The position numbers and the translations under genes were made by a program. The notes beneath the pieces are model-generated. The model worked only from the letters and a program-made list of their open reading frames with translations. It did no database searches and was not told the origin of the DNA. Of a stretch of DNA of 64,000 nt, positions 11,917 through 25,029 are shown piece by piece. Within the stretch, counting starts at the first letter, position 1; each line of letters opens with the position of its first letter. The stretch spans positions 288,001 through 352,000 of the forward strand of contig CAWAUV010000007.1 of NCBI GenBank assembly GCA_963785305.1, written 5' to 3'. This DNA is from an uncultured Planctomycetaceae bacterium (lineage in GTDB: Bacteria; Planctomycetota; Planctomycetia; Pirellulales; PALSA-1355).

Positions 11917-12129
11917 GCCCGCATCGGACCCGGTCGTTTTTCGGCCAAAAGAGTTGCATTGCGCAAGGAAGCGATTAGCGCGAGGCGGCCGGCCACGACA
12001 TCGGCCCACCCATAAGCTATATAAGAAGGAAGGGAATTTCCCGCGGCGGCGGGCGGACTTCCTGATCGTGGCGCGGGTCGGCATCGACACGCACTGGAAA
12101 GCCCGGGCCGGAGGGGGAGAGCGTTTGCC

Positions 12130-12748
12130 ATGTCGTTTCAGTTCCTTTGCCCACAAGGCCATTTGCTGCAAGGAGATCCCGCGCAGCAGGGAATGCAAAC
12201 CCAGTGCCCGCTCTGCGGTCTGGTGTTCGTGATTCCCCACATGGCCGGCCCCGCGCCGGGCGCCTACGGCCATCCTCAGCAGGGCCATCCTCAACAGCAA
12301 CATTATCCCCAGCAGTACTCGCAGCATCCCAGCGCCGGCTATCCGGGAGCAGCGCCCGGCGCCGAGCAGTTTGCGCCGGCCCCCGAACCGCAATATCCGG
12401 CGTTCGACCCAGCCAACGCGGAACCGGCCGGCGCCGACGAGCGACCTGGCCGACGATCTCGAGCAGGTGGATGCGCCCGAGGGCGATGTGGCGCCCGGTT
12501 TCTTGCACATTCCCTGCCCCAATGGCCACGAGCTCGAGACCCCACTCGAAATGCTCGACCAAGAAGTGCTTTGCCCGCACTGCGGCGCGCAATTTTTATT
12601 GCGCGAGGAAGACAGCGTCGAACATCGCGAGGAGCTCGAAGCGCTCGACCGGCAACGGGCGCACCTGTGGTTCAATTGGGCGATCGCCGCCGCCGTGATC
12701 GTGGTCGTCGGCCTGTTGGCGATGGTGATCGTGGCGATGCGAAGCTGA
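12130..12748 (+). CDS. Hypothetical protein with two Zn-ribbon-like motifs and a C-terminal TM helix; frameshifted
   Basis: CPQGH...CPLCG at the N-terminus and CPNGH...CPHCG in the second frame, joined by a Pro/Gln linker; hydrophobic C-terminus. Confidence 0.65.
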
Positions 12749-12787
12749 TTGCCCGCCCTTGCGCGGCGCGTTGCCCGTCTCGAGCGC

Positions 12788-13789
12788 TCACACGATCTTC
12801 GGCGTGAAGCAGAACACGGGAATAAAGAGCGACGCGAAGCCGATCAGCCGCCGGAACCAGCCCAGCGGCACATGATCGTCGCGCGTCGGCGGATGATCGA
12901 CGCCCATCAGCAGCACCAATACCAGCATCACCACCCACTGGTAATAGTCGGCGATCACCATCGCCGCGATCGCGCTCATCACAAACGCGCGGGCAATCAC
13001 ATGCGCTCTCGCGCCGAACAGGCTATAGAGCACATGTCCGCCATCGAGCTGGCTGACCGGCAGCATATTGAGCCCGGTGACGAGCATGCCCACCCAGCCA
13101 GCCATCAGCAACGGGTTCTTCATGAGCACATGGCCATCTGGCAGGTCGGGCCGCAAATACCAGGTCAATAGTTTGAAGATCAACGGATCGCCCAGCCGCC
13201 AAGAGAGCGGATCGGGCGCGGCGGCGGTGGCGGTTTGAATGCCGACCCAAATCACGGGCGCCGCCGCCAGCAGCCCGGCCCAGGGGCCGCTGAGCCCGAT
13301 ATCGAACAATTGTTTCCGATCGGCCCGGGAACCTTGCATTCCGATCACGGCGCCCATCGTGCCGGTAAGCATCAGCGGCATGGGAAGAAAGAAGGGCCAA
13401 CTGGCGGGCACCCGATATCGCACGGCTTGGAGAAAATGTCCCATTTCGTGCATCGAAAGAATGCCGATAATGGCGAACATATAGACAAGGCCCTGATGCG
13501 CGTGGCTCGTCGCCAGCTCCCAGGCCCGTCCGGGATTGGCGAACAAGGCGCCGGGTCCGGCGTCGGCGGGGTCCCAGCCCACGGCGCCGACGAAAAAGGT
13601 GGAACCGCAGGTGGCGAGGAATAACACGGCCGGGGCGAACACGCGACGCCGAGGCCGGGGCGGCACATAGCGCGCCGGCGCGGCCCACTCAGCCTGGCGC
13701 GGGGCGGGCGCCGGGTCCGCGGCGCCGGGAAGCGATGGCCCCGAAGACGATATTCCAGGCCGCGGCGGAGTAGGCGTCGGCTCGCTCAT
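12788..13789 (-). CDS. Site-2 protease family (peptidase M50) membrane metalloprotease
   Basis: HEMGH zinc motif, LFDIGLSGP and LNMLPVSQLDGGH. Confidence 0.92.
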   Translation of the reverse strand: MSEPTPTPPRPGISSSGPSLPGAADPAPAPRQAEWAAPARYVPPRPRRRVFAPAVLFLATCGSTFFVGAVGWDPADAGPGALFANPGRAWELATSHAHQGLVYMFAIIGILSMHEMGHFLQAVRYRVPASWPFFLPMPLMLTGTMGAVIGMQGSRADRKQLFDIGLSGPWAGLLAAAPVIWVGIQTATAAAPDPLSWRLGDPLIFKLLTWYLRPDLPDGHVLMKNPLLMAGWVGMLVTGLNMLPVSQLDGGHVLYSLFGARAHVIARAFVMSAIAAMVIADYYQWVVMLVLVLLMGVDHPPTRDDHVPLGWFRRLIGFASLFIPVFCFTPKIV

Positions 13790-13883
13790 GGGATCAGCAT
13801 CGCATTTCGGTGTTCGGTCGCGAGCGTGCGCGCGATCGCGGGCTGCTTGATTCCCAGGCTCGACCTCATTAGAGTAATCGCCC

Positions 13884-15026
13884 ATGAAGATCATCGTCAA
13901 GCCGGTCGAAACGCGTCACGAGCGCGCCCTGTTTTTGGAAGTGCCTTGGACGATCTATCGGCACGATCCGAATTTCATCCCGCCCTTGCGAATCACGCAG
14001 AAGGAAAACGTCGGCTATAAGAAGTCGCCTTTCTACGACGACGCCGAGGCCCGGACCTTTCTTGCCTTGCGGGGCGATGTGGCCGTGGGACGCGTGGCCG
14101 CGATCTTGAACCACGCCCACAATCGGCGCCACAACGAAAAGCGAGGCTTTTTCGGCTTCTTCGAGTCGACAAACGATCATCGCGTGGCGCATGGCTTGCT
14201 CGACGCGGTGCGCGGCTGGTTCGCCGAGCGCGGAATCACGGCCCTGCGCGGGCCGACGAACCCGTCGCTGAATCACGAATGCGGCCTCTTGGTCGAAGGT
14301 TTTCATTCGCCGCCGACCTTCATGATGACCTACAACCCGCCTTACTACGCCGAGCTGCTCGAAAGCTACGGCTTTCGCAAGGCGGTCGACATGTACGCCT
14401 ATTTCGGGCAGGTCGGCATGCTCGCCGGGCTCGACAAGAAACTGGCGTTTATCGCCGAGGAATCCGCCCGGCGGTTTGGCGTCACGGTGCGGCCGATCAA
14501 TAAGGCCCGCTTTCGCCAGGAAATCGAGACTTTTCTGCATATTTACAACGAGTCGATGGCTGGCACCTGGGGATTCGTGCCAATCGGCGCGGCCGAGATT
14601 CGCGCCATGAGCGCTTCGCTCAAGCACCTGATCTTGCCCAATTTGGCGCTCATGGCCGAGGCCGAGGGCAAACCGATCGGGGCCGTGTTCGGCATGCCCG
14701 ACTATAACCCCCGCATTCGCGAAATCGACGGACGCTTGTTTCCCTTCGGCTTTTTCAAGCTCATCAACAAGCGCCGCGGCTTCAAGAAAATGCGGATCAT
14801 CAGCGCCAATGTCGTGCCTGAATATCAAATGTGGGGCGTGGGCCTCGTGTTGCTCAAGGCCCTGGTGCAACCGGTGCTCGACAGCGGAATCACGGAAGCC
14901 GAATTCTCCTGGGTGCTCGAGTCGAACCATCTATCGCGGAGCAGCCTGGAAAAGGGCGGCGCACTGCTCGACAAGACCTATCGACTCTACGATTACGACG
15001 GCGCATCGCCCGATGGCCACGCCTAA
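13884..15026 (+). CDS. GNAT-family N-acetyltransferase (YghO-like)
   Basis: VGRVAAI, GFFGFFES, LRGPTNPS, MMTYNPPYY, AEFSWVLESN and KTYRLY motifs. Confidence 0.8.
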   Translation: MKIIVKPVETRHERALFLEVPWTIYRHDPNFIPPLRITQKENVGYKKSPFYDDAEARTFLALRGDVAVGRVAAILNHAHNRRHNEKRGFFGFFESTNDHRVAHGLLDAVRGWFAERGITALRGPTNPSLNHECGLLVEGFHSPPTFMMTYNPPYYAELLESYGFRKAVDMYAYFGQVGMLAGLDKKLAFIAEESARRFGVTVRPINKARFRQEIETFLHIYNESMAGTWGFVPIGAAEIRAMSASLKHLILPNLALMAEAEGKPIGAVFGMPDYNPRIREIDGRLFPFGFFKLINKRRGFKKMRIISANVVPEYQMWGVGLVLLKALVQPVLDSGITEAEFSWVLESNHLSRSSLEKGGALLDKTYRLYDYDGASPDGHA

Positions 15027-15323
15027 CCGGACCAAGCGATTCGGCGGCAAAACGCGGCTTGCGTCCATCGGGCTCGCTCGATCGAAGGGGCGAAAAAGTT
15101 GGACTCGCCCGCCCGCGCTTCTTATGATGGACTCGGGCTCGCCGGACTCGGGCTCGCCGGAAAGGGGGGCGTCGGCAAATAACCTCGCGACTCCGGCGAG
15201 AAAACCTCGCGAGCCACGAGCCTCTTTGTTCCGCGCAACCGGATTGCTTCCCGCCGACACGGCCCACGTTGCCGCACCCGCGGCGTTTGGTTCGACATTC
15301 CCCACCGCCCCGACCACGGCCTC

Positions 15324-18313
15324 ATGCGACGCACTCGTTTCGATATCCGCGACAAGCGAGCGGCGAAATTCGTCGGCATTGCATTCACTGGTGAAGTGGT
15401 TCGCTTGGCCGTGATCGGAATCCTGGGAGTCGTCGTCGCCGCGACCGGGGCCTTCGCCGGGCCGCGGGAAGCGCGCACCGCCGAACCGACCTATTCGGCC
15501 GGGTTCGCCGATGGAACTCAAGTCACCGGGGGCCGGCTGCAAGAGTGGCACGATACGTCGGCCCAACCAAAACTCAACGGCGCTCCACTATTCGACGCCA
15601 ATCGGCCGATCCGCTGGCTGCGCATGGACGACCCCGAAGCGCCGATCGCGCCGGCGCGTTTGTCGAATTCACCGGCGGCGATCGACTGCCGGGCCGGGTC
15701 GTGGGCTATGCCTCGGGCCGCGGGAACGCGAAGCGCACGGCGCACTTGCTCGTCGTTCCGCCTGGGCCGCTCGAATTTCCCGGCCAGCGTTCGCGGCCCG
15801 CGGTGCGCGTGGCCCTGGAATATGTGCGACGGATCGTGTCGCGCGCCCAGGCCGGCGACAGTTATGCACCGGCACGCTCTTTCATGCCGATGGCCGCCAA
15901 CTGCGTTTCCGCTCGGCGCGCTGGTCCGACGGCGCGGTCACGCTGCTCCTGGCCACGGGACCCCATCGGATGGCGCTGGGCGAGATCGCGGAACTGCATC
16001 TGCCGCCGCCCGACGGCTGGAACGCCTATTACGATTCGCTCGCCGCGCTCGATCCCGAGTGCACCCAGCGGCTGATGCAGGTCGAGTCGCGCGAGGGGCT
16101 GATCGCCACCGTGTCGCTGGCTCGATTTCAAGCGCGGGCCACGGGCGGGGATCAGCAGCACTGGTATCACATGCTCCAGCCGGTTTGGAGTCTCGACCCG
16201 CTCTGGGCGCGGCACATCACGATCATCGATCGCCGGGTCTGGCAGCCGTGGGAGGTTCCGCTGCCGATCATCGCGCCGCGCCGCGTGGCCGAACGGCCCA
16301 TCTTGGGACTCGGCTATCGCTGGCAAGCCAACGCGAATGTCGAGGGTCAACCGCTTCGCAACGGCGGCAAACGATTCGGCTGGGGCATCGGCACGCAGGC
16401 CGATTGCGAATGGGAATTCGACCTGCCGGCGCTCGTCGTCGGATTTCGCGCTTCGGTCGGTCTCGACGAGATGGCGGGCCTCGGCGGCTGCGCCCGCGGC
16501 CTGATCCTGGCCAACGACGACCGTGGCGCACCGCTCTTCCAAAGCCCTCATCTGATCGGCTCGAAGACCGTGCTCGACACCGGCGCGATTCCACTCGCCG
16601 GACCGCTGGGCGGTCAAAAGACGCTGATTCTAAAGTCCGACATGGCGCACAACGATCGGCCTCCCGGCGCCGATCCATTCGATATTCGCGACCAGCTCGA
16701 TTGGCTCGAGCCCACGGTGTCGCTCGACGCCGACAAACTGCGCGGCGAAGCTCAAGAGCGCGTAAGCCGATCGATTCCGGCCTGGGATGATTGGGCGGTG
16801 TCGCTCGCGCCGCGCGATCCGCAATCCCAACCCGGCCGACTGAAAGTCACGCATCGCTGGGAGGGCCACGACCCGCTGCGCGGCGATTTTCGCCGCCTCG
16901 TCAGCGCCGGCGGTTCGCGGTTGCAACTGACGCGCAAGGCGCGCATCGGGCAATCGCAAAAATATCTGGCGATCTCGGCGAGCCGTCTGCCCGGCGCTCC
17001 CGGCAGTCAAATCCAGGTGCGCACCGGCGACGCCTTGATCGCGAGCTTTCCGGCGCCCGAACGAAGCGACGACGCGCCGGGCGAAGCGCGGCTCGTGCCC
17101 CTGAAGAAGTTCGTCGGCCAAACCGTGCGTCTGGAAACGAGCGATGTTCCCAGCAATGACCAGTGCCAGTTGGATTGGTCGCTCGCGGATTTTCAAGAAC
17201 GCGAAACGCCGCTCGACTGGCGACCGCTCCGAATTCGCGAAGCTCGCGCCGCGAGCGGCGCGGCGCTGGTTCGCCAGCCCGATGAATCGCTCCTGGCCAC
17301 GGGAACCGACCCCGATTTCGATGAATACACGCTCGTGGCCGAAAGCGACTTGCGGGGCGTGACCGGCTTCCGGCTCGATCTGCTCGCCGATCCGCGGCTT
17401 CCCAATAAGGGACCTGGCCGCGGCGGCGATGGGTCATGTCGCCTCGGCGATTTTTCGGTCACGGCGGCGCCGGCCGGCAAGCCGGAGCAGGCCGAAAAAA
17501 TCGCCTTCGCCTCGGCCGCGGCCTCTTGGAGCGACAACGACTGCAACGCCGCGCTGGCGATCGACTCCGAGCCCGACTCCACCGCCTGGAGCGTCTCGGG
17601 TCGCCCAGGCCGCAATCAATGCGCGATTTTCACCACGCAGTCCGACATCGCGTTTCCGGCCACGGCTCGCTATACGTTCGTCTTGCGGCAGCATCGCCTG
17701 GGCCACAGCAATCTTGGCCGCTTCCGGCTGTCGCTGACCCGCGCACCGCGACCGCTGCCGGTCGAACGCCTGGGGCTGATTCTCGAGCCGCGGGCGGCGG
17801 GCGTTGAAACCATTTACGAAGACGATTTGCAGTTCGCTTTCGAGCTGCGCGAAGGCCAAGGCGCCGCCGCGAGCGATGGGATCGACCGCTATTCAGGCGA
17901 TTACTGCATGCGCGTCGAGGGCCAAGGACGATCGAATCCGCCGCCTGCCGGAGCTCTCGGCCCGCATTCGCGAGAATCCCGGCGTCGACGAATACCGCTA
18001 CTTGCGATTCGCTTGGAAAAAATCGGAGGGCAAGAGCATCGGCTTGTCGCTCGCGCATTCGGGAGTGTTCAGCGCCAATGGCGACAAACGCTATCGCTAT
18101 CACGCCGGACCAGGCGGCCCGCTCTTCGACGGCTCGATCGAAGTGGCCGCCGCCCTGCCCGACGAATGGACCCTCGTCACGCGCGATCTATTCGCCGATT
18201 TCGGCGAGTTCGATCTCACGGGCCTGAGCATGTTGGCGATGGATGGCAAATATGCGCTCTTCGATCATGTACAATTAGGGCGAACGGTCCAAGCGCTCGA
18301 CGCGGCGCGGTGA
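15324..18313 (+). CDS. Large secreted protein with NPCBM/NEW2-like and other carbohydrate-binding-like modules; frameshifts near 15655-15890 and 17940
   Basis: Signal-peptide-like N-terminus; GQPLRNGGKRFGWGIGTQA...FRASVGLDE (NPCBM-like); ORFs 15324, 15511 and 17804 overlap in successive frames. Confidence 0.6.
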
Positions 18314-18391
18314 ACCAGGCGCACGGCGTTCCCCGTGGGCCGCGAAGTTCGCCCGCCGGGCTCCAGTCGGCGCAGTGTCGAGACAAGCATC

Positions 18392-19071
18392 ATGAAACAC
18401 CTCGTGGAGTCCTTGACGGCGGTCGATCCCGACGCTCGAGAGTCCGCGCACCGCGTCAAGCCCGCGATCGATCCGGCGGAGCTTGAAGAACGGCGGATGA
18501 TCGCGGCGGCCCGGAGCGGCGATCGCGCCATGGTCGAGGCGATAGTCCATCGACATCGCAAGGCGATTTTCGGCTATCTCTCGAGTCGGCTCGCGGAGCC
18601 CAGCGACGCCGAGGACTTGGCGCAAGAGGTGTTCTTGCGCTGGTGCTCGGGTCGGGCGAGTTGTCCGGAGGGGCGCGGCTGCGGCCCTGGCTGATCGGCG
18701 TGGCTCGGAACCTGCTCCACGAGCATGTGCGCAACCTCAAGCGCCGCAAGGAAGTCGGCTGGACCGAGCTGTGCTTGCGGCTGGAAGAGCTCGTGGCCGA
18801 TGACGCCGACCCGCGGTTCGACGAAGCGATGGAGCACCTGCCGGCGTGTCTCGATTCGCTCGGCCGCAGCGCCCGCCAGGCGCTGGGAATGCGTTATGAA
18901 ACGCATCTGCGGCTTTGCGAGATCGGTCAACGGCTGCGGCGCAGCGAAGGCGCGGTGAAGTTGCTGATGTTTCGAGCGCGGCAGGCGCTGCGATTGTGTC
19001 TGGAGACGAAAGCCGGCGCGGGCAAATCAGAGTTGGACTGGCGCGCACGACCTGGGAATGAAACTCGCTGA
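18392..19071 (+). CDS. ECF-type RNA polymerase sigma factor, frameshift near 18660
   Basis: DAEDLAQEVFL (region 2), WLIGVARN, and region 4 LRLCEIGQRLRRSEGAVKLLMFRARQALRLCLE. Confidence 0.85.
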
Positions 19072-19112
19072 TTGGTTTCCTTGGAGTTCGCCCGATTGGG
19101 CGGTTCGGCGCC

Positions 19113-22100
19113 ATGACGGAAAATGAATTGATCGAATGGATCGAGACCCGCTCGCCCGACGATCTCTCGGCCAAGGAGTTCGCCCTGCTGCAAAAGGGGC
19201 TCACTTCCTCGGCCGAGTTGCGGCAAGCGCTGGCCGAGCGCTTGCGCATCGAACAATATCTGCATGCGTCGCTTGGCGACTCGAATCTCGACGCCACCGA
19301 GATTCTCGCGGCGGCCGAATCCAAGGCCCGCTCGCGACGCGACGCGCGACGCTGGAGCCTGACCGTGGCCGTGATGGCGCTCGTCGGCCTGGCGGCGGGA
19401 TTTTATAGCGCGACGCATTCTCGCGCTCGAAAGAATCCAGCGCCGGCAGCGCGACGCTTGCATCGGCGGACAAATCGCCGACCGACGCTCCTCGATCCGA
19501 AGCGGCGGAACATGAAAGTTCGCGAACCCAGGGGTCGGACAGCATTCTTCGCGCCGCGGAGTCCGGGGCCAAGCCGCAAGCGCCAAGCGATTCCGCCAGT
19601 GCCGCCGTGGCGCTCGCGCCCGGTGCCGCGCCCCAAGCTGGAGCGACATCGCCTCCAGCGCCGCAAGTCAGTCCCGCGCCGCCGCCGTCGGCTGGCCCCT
19701 GGAACTCGCTGGCCACGATCCAGGCCGAACCGGCGCCCGATGAAGCCGATCTGGCCGACGACCTGCTCCCCGAGACATCGGCCCCCAGCGATTCCGAGCT
19801 CAAGAAGTGGTTCGCCACCGTGCCCGGCCAGCAAGCGCAGTATGGAATGCACAATCACTGGAACACGCCCTGCGGCGTGGTTTCGGGCCTTGTGCGACTC
19901 AATTCGCCCTGGGCGCCGGAAGCGGCGCTGCGCATGTCGCTGTTCGACGAAAACCGGCTCCGGATTCATCTCTGGAGCGAGACCGATGGCGTCACGCTGC
20001 AATATCTCGTCCATCAGAATCACGGTTGGTTCGCGTATCGGGCGTCGCGTCAGCCGGGCCACCCCACGCCCGACCGCCTGACGCTCATCGGCGCCGACGA
20101 AGGCCGCAACGCGAAGGTCAACATCAACCATACCGACACCTGCACCGTCGAACTTCGCTGCGATGGCAAAACACTCACGCTCAGCCGCCGGCGGTTGCCG
20201 CTCCTCGAGGTTCCGTTCGAGGGCATGCCGAAGGAAGTGTATTTCGAGGGCAAAGCCGTGGTGCGGCAAATGCAACTCGTCAGGGCCGCCGAGATGCCCC
20301 CGCCGCGAGCGCCAGGCCCCGTGGTCGAAATGCCGGAACCCGCGGCGCAAACCTGGCTCCGCGATTTGGGCGATGGGGCCGCGCTCGAGCCGACCGCCGA
20401 TGGCGGCATGCGGCTCTCGCTCGCCAAGCAAGGCAAAATGGTATGGGCCGCGATGCCCCTGGCCAACGATCGCGTGGTCGAGGTGATCTTGCAACTCGAT
20501 CGCGCGGAGCCCGGAACCGGCGTCTACTTGAGCGACGCCTCGGGCAAACCCCTGGGCGGGCTCGGCTTCTTTCGCGATCAACACACCGGCCGCACCGTGG
20601 TCGCCCACGGGAACCCCAATGAACATCGCTCCGAGACTCGCATCGACCCCAACGATGCCGTCCAGGCTTTGCGCACCCTTCATCCTTGGGTCAAAATGCT
20701 CGTCGGCTGCCGGGTGAATCGCTTTTGGATCAGCGACGATGGCGAACATTGGGCCCGACCTTGCGACCCGTGGACCCAGCAATCGGCCGTGCTCGGCAGC
20801 GTGGGAATGTACTGCGTGCCGGGCGCCGAACCGCGGGCGATCGCCTTGCGACGCTTGATCGTGCGCGAACTCCCGGCCCTGGCGGCGATAGCGCCAATCG
20901 AACTGCGGCGCCAAGCGCCCCTTCCGCCGAACGACATGGTATTGAGCGAATGGCTCAGCGGCGTGTGCGCGAGCCAGCCGCCGGGCGTCGACACCCGACT
21001 CTGGCGCCGGGCCTGCGCGGCGCGGCTGCTGGCGGCCAATGCGGCGCCGAGCGCCGCGTCGGACGCGCTCGAACGCGCTGGTCGAGGACCTGCTCGCCGA
21101 TCCGGCGCACGACTGGCAAGAACAATTGCGAATGCTCGACGAGACCTCGATGTTGCGCAATTGCTGGGAAGACGCGGGGCGAATGCGCCGCGCGGAAGAC
21201 CTCTATGCGCAACTGGGCGCGAGGGCGACAGTCGCCGGCCACGGCGCGGCGATGACCGCGGCGCTCGACGCGCAAGAATCGGCGCCGCTCTGGACCCGAC
21301 TCGACCCGCTCCAGGGGCTCGAAGACATCGACCGCCGCCGGATGCTCGAATTGATCTACGGTCGTCATTGGCCGCAAACCCTCACCCTCGCGCGGCGCCT
21401 GCGACTCGTCCGCCGACTCGATAACGATCAGAAAGCGATCGTCGAATGGGCGATCGGGCTCGCGCCGCGCACGGCGCGACTCGCGGCGCGGCCCGCGCGC
21501 TGACGAATCCCGAGTGGCGGCATCCGCTGGTCGTCGATCTCAGCAAGGAAGCGTACAACGTGCTGGCCGAGCTCGAGGAGGCGCTCGCCGGAAAAGCGTA
21601 TCGCGACGCGTGTCAGGTGATCGCCGCCGCGGGCTCGCAAGGCGCGGGCGGCGTGGGCCTGCTGCCCGACTCACACGACCCGGACCTGCTCCTCTCGTTT
21701 CCCAACGCGGTGCGCAATGCGATGCGCGAGCATCCGCCGCTGGCCGACGCGATGAACGAGCAGTTCGGCGCCGCGGGCCGGCTCCGCGTGCGGCAAGCGA
21801 TTGCCGATGAAGACGCTCCGGCCGTGGAAGCCGCCACCTTGCAATACTGCGGCACGCAGGCCGCCGCGGAGGCGCATCGCTGGCTGGGCGATCGGGCCAT
21901 CGCGGCGGGCGCGTTTGCTCAAGCAATCGCCCACTATGACGAATGCCTCAAAACCGCCTCGAGCGACACCCGGAACAAAGCGCTGGCCGGCTGGGCGCTG
22001 GCTGCCGCCATGACCGGTCGCGCCGCGCCCAGGGCGCGGTTGGGCCGGCCGAGTTTGGCGACCTGCGGCTCACGGCCGCCGAGTTCGCGAAACTGCTCGA

Positions 22101-23891
22101 CGATCTTCGTCAATCGCGCTCGAGCAACGCCGCCACCGCCGCGACCCGCATTGTGCCCGACCCGGTGGCCGAGACCCCGCCGCCCAGCGGTTTCAAGGTC
22201 GAGAACCGCGGCCGGCTCGATGGCGACATGGGCGAAAATCCGCAAAACGCGCCCGGCGAATACCAGCAGGCCGCGATCGACTGGCCGGCCTGGCAATGCG
22301 CGACCGCAGTGGCCGGCGATCGTTGGATCATCAGCAATCGTTTTCAGGTGTCGGCTTTCAACATCAAAAGCGGGCAATACGAATGGCGCGCCATGCTCGG
22401 CGGCGAGCAAGCCAGCGCCCACGATTGGCCGCTCTCGCCGATGCGACCGCTGGTGACCGCCGAGCGCGTGTTTGTTCGTCGACTCACGAAGCAAGGTCCG
22501 GTGCTGGCCGCGCTCGAACTGGCCAGCGGCAAGGTGCTCTGGAGCTCGCGGCCCGAACCAGAAAAGTCGATCCTCTCCGACCCGGTGCTCGTCGAGGATC
22601 AATTGTTCGTGGTCGTCGGCGCCGAGTGGATCAAGAATATCTCGTGTCGCTGGCGAGTTTCGATCCGGCGTCGGGCGCGGCGCTGGGCTCGCGGCCGCTG
22701 GCGCGACTTCGCGAATCCTGGTGGCGGCAGAAAGGCTGCCAGGTCACCCCGCTCGACGATAGTCTCGTGATCGCGTGTGGCGGAAGCGTGCTGCGGGTCG
22801 ACTTGACCGGCCGCATCGGTTGGGCGCGGCGCGATCTCTGGACTCCCGCCGAGGTGGACCGCATGGGCGCGCTCCACGAATCGAGCCCGCCGCTCGTGGC
22901 CGGCGATCGAGTCTATGTGGCCGAGCGCGGAGTGCGCGATGTGCAGTGCATCGAGCTGTCCAGTGGCCGCTTGATCTGGCGAGCGGCCCTGCCCGCGCCG
23001 CGGCGGATGTTGGGATTCGCCGGCGATCGGCTGCTGCTTCAGTCGGAGACGGGTCTTATGGCGCGATCCAGCGCCGATGGCAAGACCCTTTGGCAACATC
23101 CGATTCCCACATCGCCCGCCCCCGGGCCGCCGCTGGCCGGCCTGCTCGACGCGATTTGGCTTCCCACGAAAAGCATGCTCTTGGCGGCGAAGAAAGCGCC
23201 GGCGGGCGACGACAAGAATTTCGTGCCCACGCTCGTTTGGATCGATCCGGCCACGGGCCATGAGGCGTTTCTCGCGCCGCTCGCGTCGCTCAAGCACGAG
23301 CGGCCGAGGTTTGGTCCCCTGGCGCTGGTCGAGGGCCGGCTCTTCGCGCTTTCGGGCCACGGCGAGCAGGAGGCCCAGCGCGACATCGTGGAACTGGTTG
23401 CCGAGGGCGCCGCCTGGCAAGGCGCGAGCGAGAAACAAGCCGACCTGGGACCCTGGCGGCGCGGCGCCGATGCGGCGCTTGTCGAGGCCACGAATTGTGT
23501 CTTTCCGAAATGGACGCTCCTGGGCGGAGCCAACGAGCGCAAGCAGCCTTCGTTGATCGCCGAGTGGCAAGGCGAAACCATGGTGCTCGAGGCTCAGGCC
23601 GTGAGTGGGCGGCCATTTTCGCTCGCGCGGCGCGGACTCGTGCCCGCTGGGTCGCCCAAGCTTGTGATTCGCGTGGCGAGCGACGCGAAGTGGAAGCTCG
23701 AAGCGCTGGCCGGCGAGAAAATCATCGCCAGTCAAACGCTCGACCGCGAATCGACCGGCGGCGGCTGGAAGACGATCGAGCTCAATCTCGACCCGGTGGC
23801 GGGGCAAACCGCGTGGCTGGTCGTGCGCCAGATCGACATCGATGGTTCGCGCCCGGTGGTGAAATGGAAGACGCTCGAAATTCGCGATTGA
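19113..23891 (+). CDS. Very large membrane-anchored protein with anti-sigma-like N-terminus, TPR-like region and PQQ-like beta-propeller repeats; several frameshifts
   Basis: Short cytoplasmic N-terminus plus TM ([16 protein letters not shown]). Propeller repeats [24 protein letters not shown] and [12 protein letters not shown]. Chain of overlapping ORFs from 19113, 19607, 21039, 21446, 21943 and 22296. Confidence 0.55.
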
Positions 23892-23967
23892 GCGCCGCGG
23901 GGACGAGTTCACTTTTGCGTGGGCGGGGGGATTATCTTCTCCTCGGCGGTTCGCTTATAATCACGGC

Positions 23968-24987
23968 ATGTCGATCATCGAAATCGCCGGACTTGCGAAG
24001 TCCTATCGCGTGTATCAGAAGCAAGAAGGGTTGCGGGCCTCGCTGCGGGGACTCTTTCGCCGCACGTATCGCGAGGTGCGGGCGGTGCGCGGGATCGATC
24101 TCGGGGTCGAGGCCGGCGAATTCGTGGCGTTTCTGGGCCCCAATGGCGCCGGCAAAACCACCACGCTCAAGCTGCTCTCGGGCGTGATCAATCCCTCGGC
24201 CGGCTCGGCCCTGGTGATGGGCCATGTGCCCTGGCGCCGCGAAAACGCCTACCGCCGCCGCTTTGCCCTGGTGATGGGTCAAAAGAATCAGCTCTGGTGG
24301 GACCTGCCGGCCCAAGAATCCTTCCGCCTGCATCAACAGATTTACGGCATCGAGCCCGAGCAGTTTCTTCGCCGCCGCGACGAACTGGTTGATCTCCTCG
24401 GCGTGGGCAAACTCTTGGCCCAGCCGGTTCGCGAGCTCTCGCTGGGCGAACGCATGAAAATGGAACTGATCGCGGCGCTGCTCCACTCGCCCGAGGTGCT
24501 GTTTCTCGACGAGCCGACGATCGGCCTGGATGTGATCGCGCAGCACAACATTCAATCGTTCTTGCGGCACTATCAGCAAACGAGCAAGATGACCGTGCTG
24601 CTCACGAGCCACTATATGAAAGACGTGGCCGCGCTCTGCCGCCGGGTGGTGATCATCGCCCAGGGCATGATCATGTACGACGGCTCGCTCACCGGCATCA
24701 TCGATCGCTTCAGCAGCCACAAAATGATCACGCTGGTCTTTGCCGGCGAAACCCTGCCCGCCGGGCTCGAGCGGTTTGGCGAATTGGTCGAGGCCCAGCC
24801 GCCCAAGATCAAACTCCGGGTCGATCGCTCGGTGGTGGCCGAGTCGCTGGCGGGCCTGTTGGCGGAACACACGGTGCAAGACGTGAGCGTCGAGGATCCT
24901 CCGCTGGAAGAAGTGATCGCCGAAATGTTTTCCCAGGCCAGCGCGGGCGCCGCCCATGCGTCGGACGCCGCGCTTGCCGGCACTTGA
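23968..24987 (+). CDS. ABC transporter ATP-binding protein
   Basis: Walker [10 protein letters not shown], signature LSLGERMK, Walker B LFLDEPT and H-loop LTSHYM. Confidence 0.95.
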   Translation: MSIIEIAGLAKSYRVYQKQEGLRASLRGLFRRTYREVRAVRGIDLGVEAGEFVAFLGPNGAGKTTTLKLLSGVINPSAGSALVMGHVPWRRENAYRRRFALVMGQKNQLWWDLPAQESFRLHQQIYGIEPEQFLRRRDELVDLLGVGKLLAQPVRELSLGERMKMELIAALLHSPEVLFLDEPTIGLDVIAQHNIQSFLRHYQQTSKMTVLLTSHYMKDVAALCRRVVIIAQGMIMYDGSLTGIIDRFSSHKMITLVFAGETLPAGLERFGELVEAQPPKIKLRVDRSVVAESLAGLLAEHTVQDVSVEDPPLEEVIAEMFSQASAGAAHASDAALAGT

Positions 24988-25029
24988 AACGTACGCGAAC
25001 CCCGCCTCCACTCCGGCCCAACCGACACC

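Noticed and set aside
15129..15160. 2 x 15-bp tandem repeat GGACTCGGGCTCGCC, and a 30-bp-period duplication near 63500-63546
   Set aside because: Only two copies each, consistent with simple slippage duplications; no further structure.
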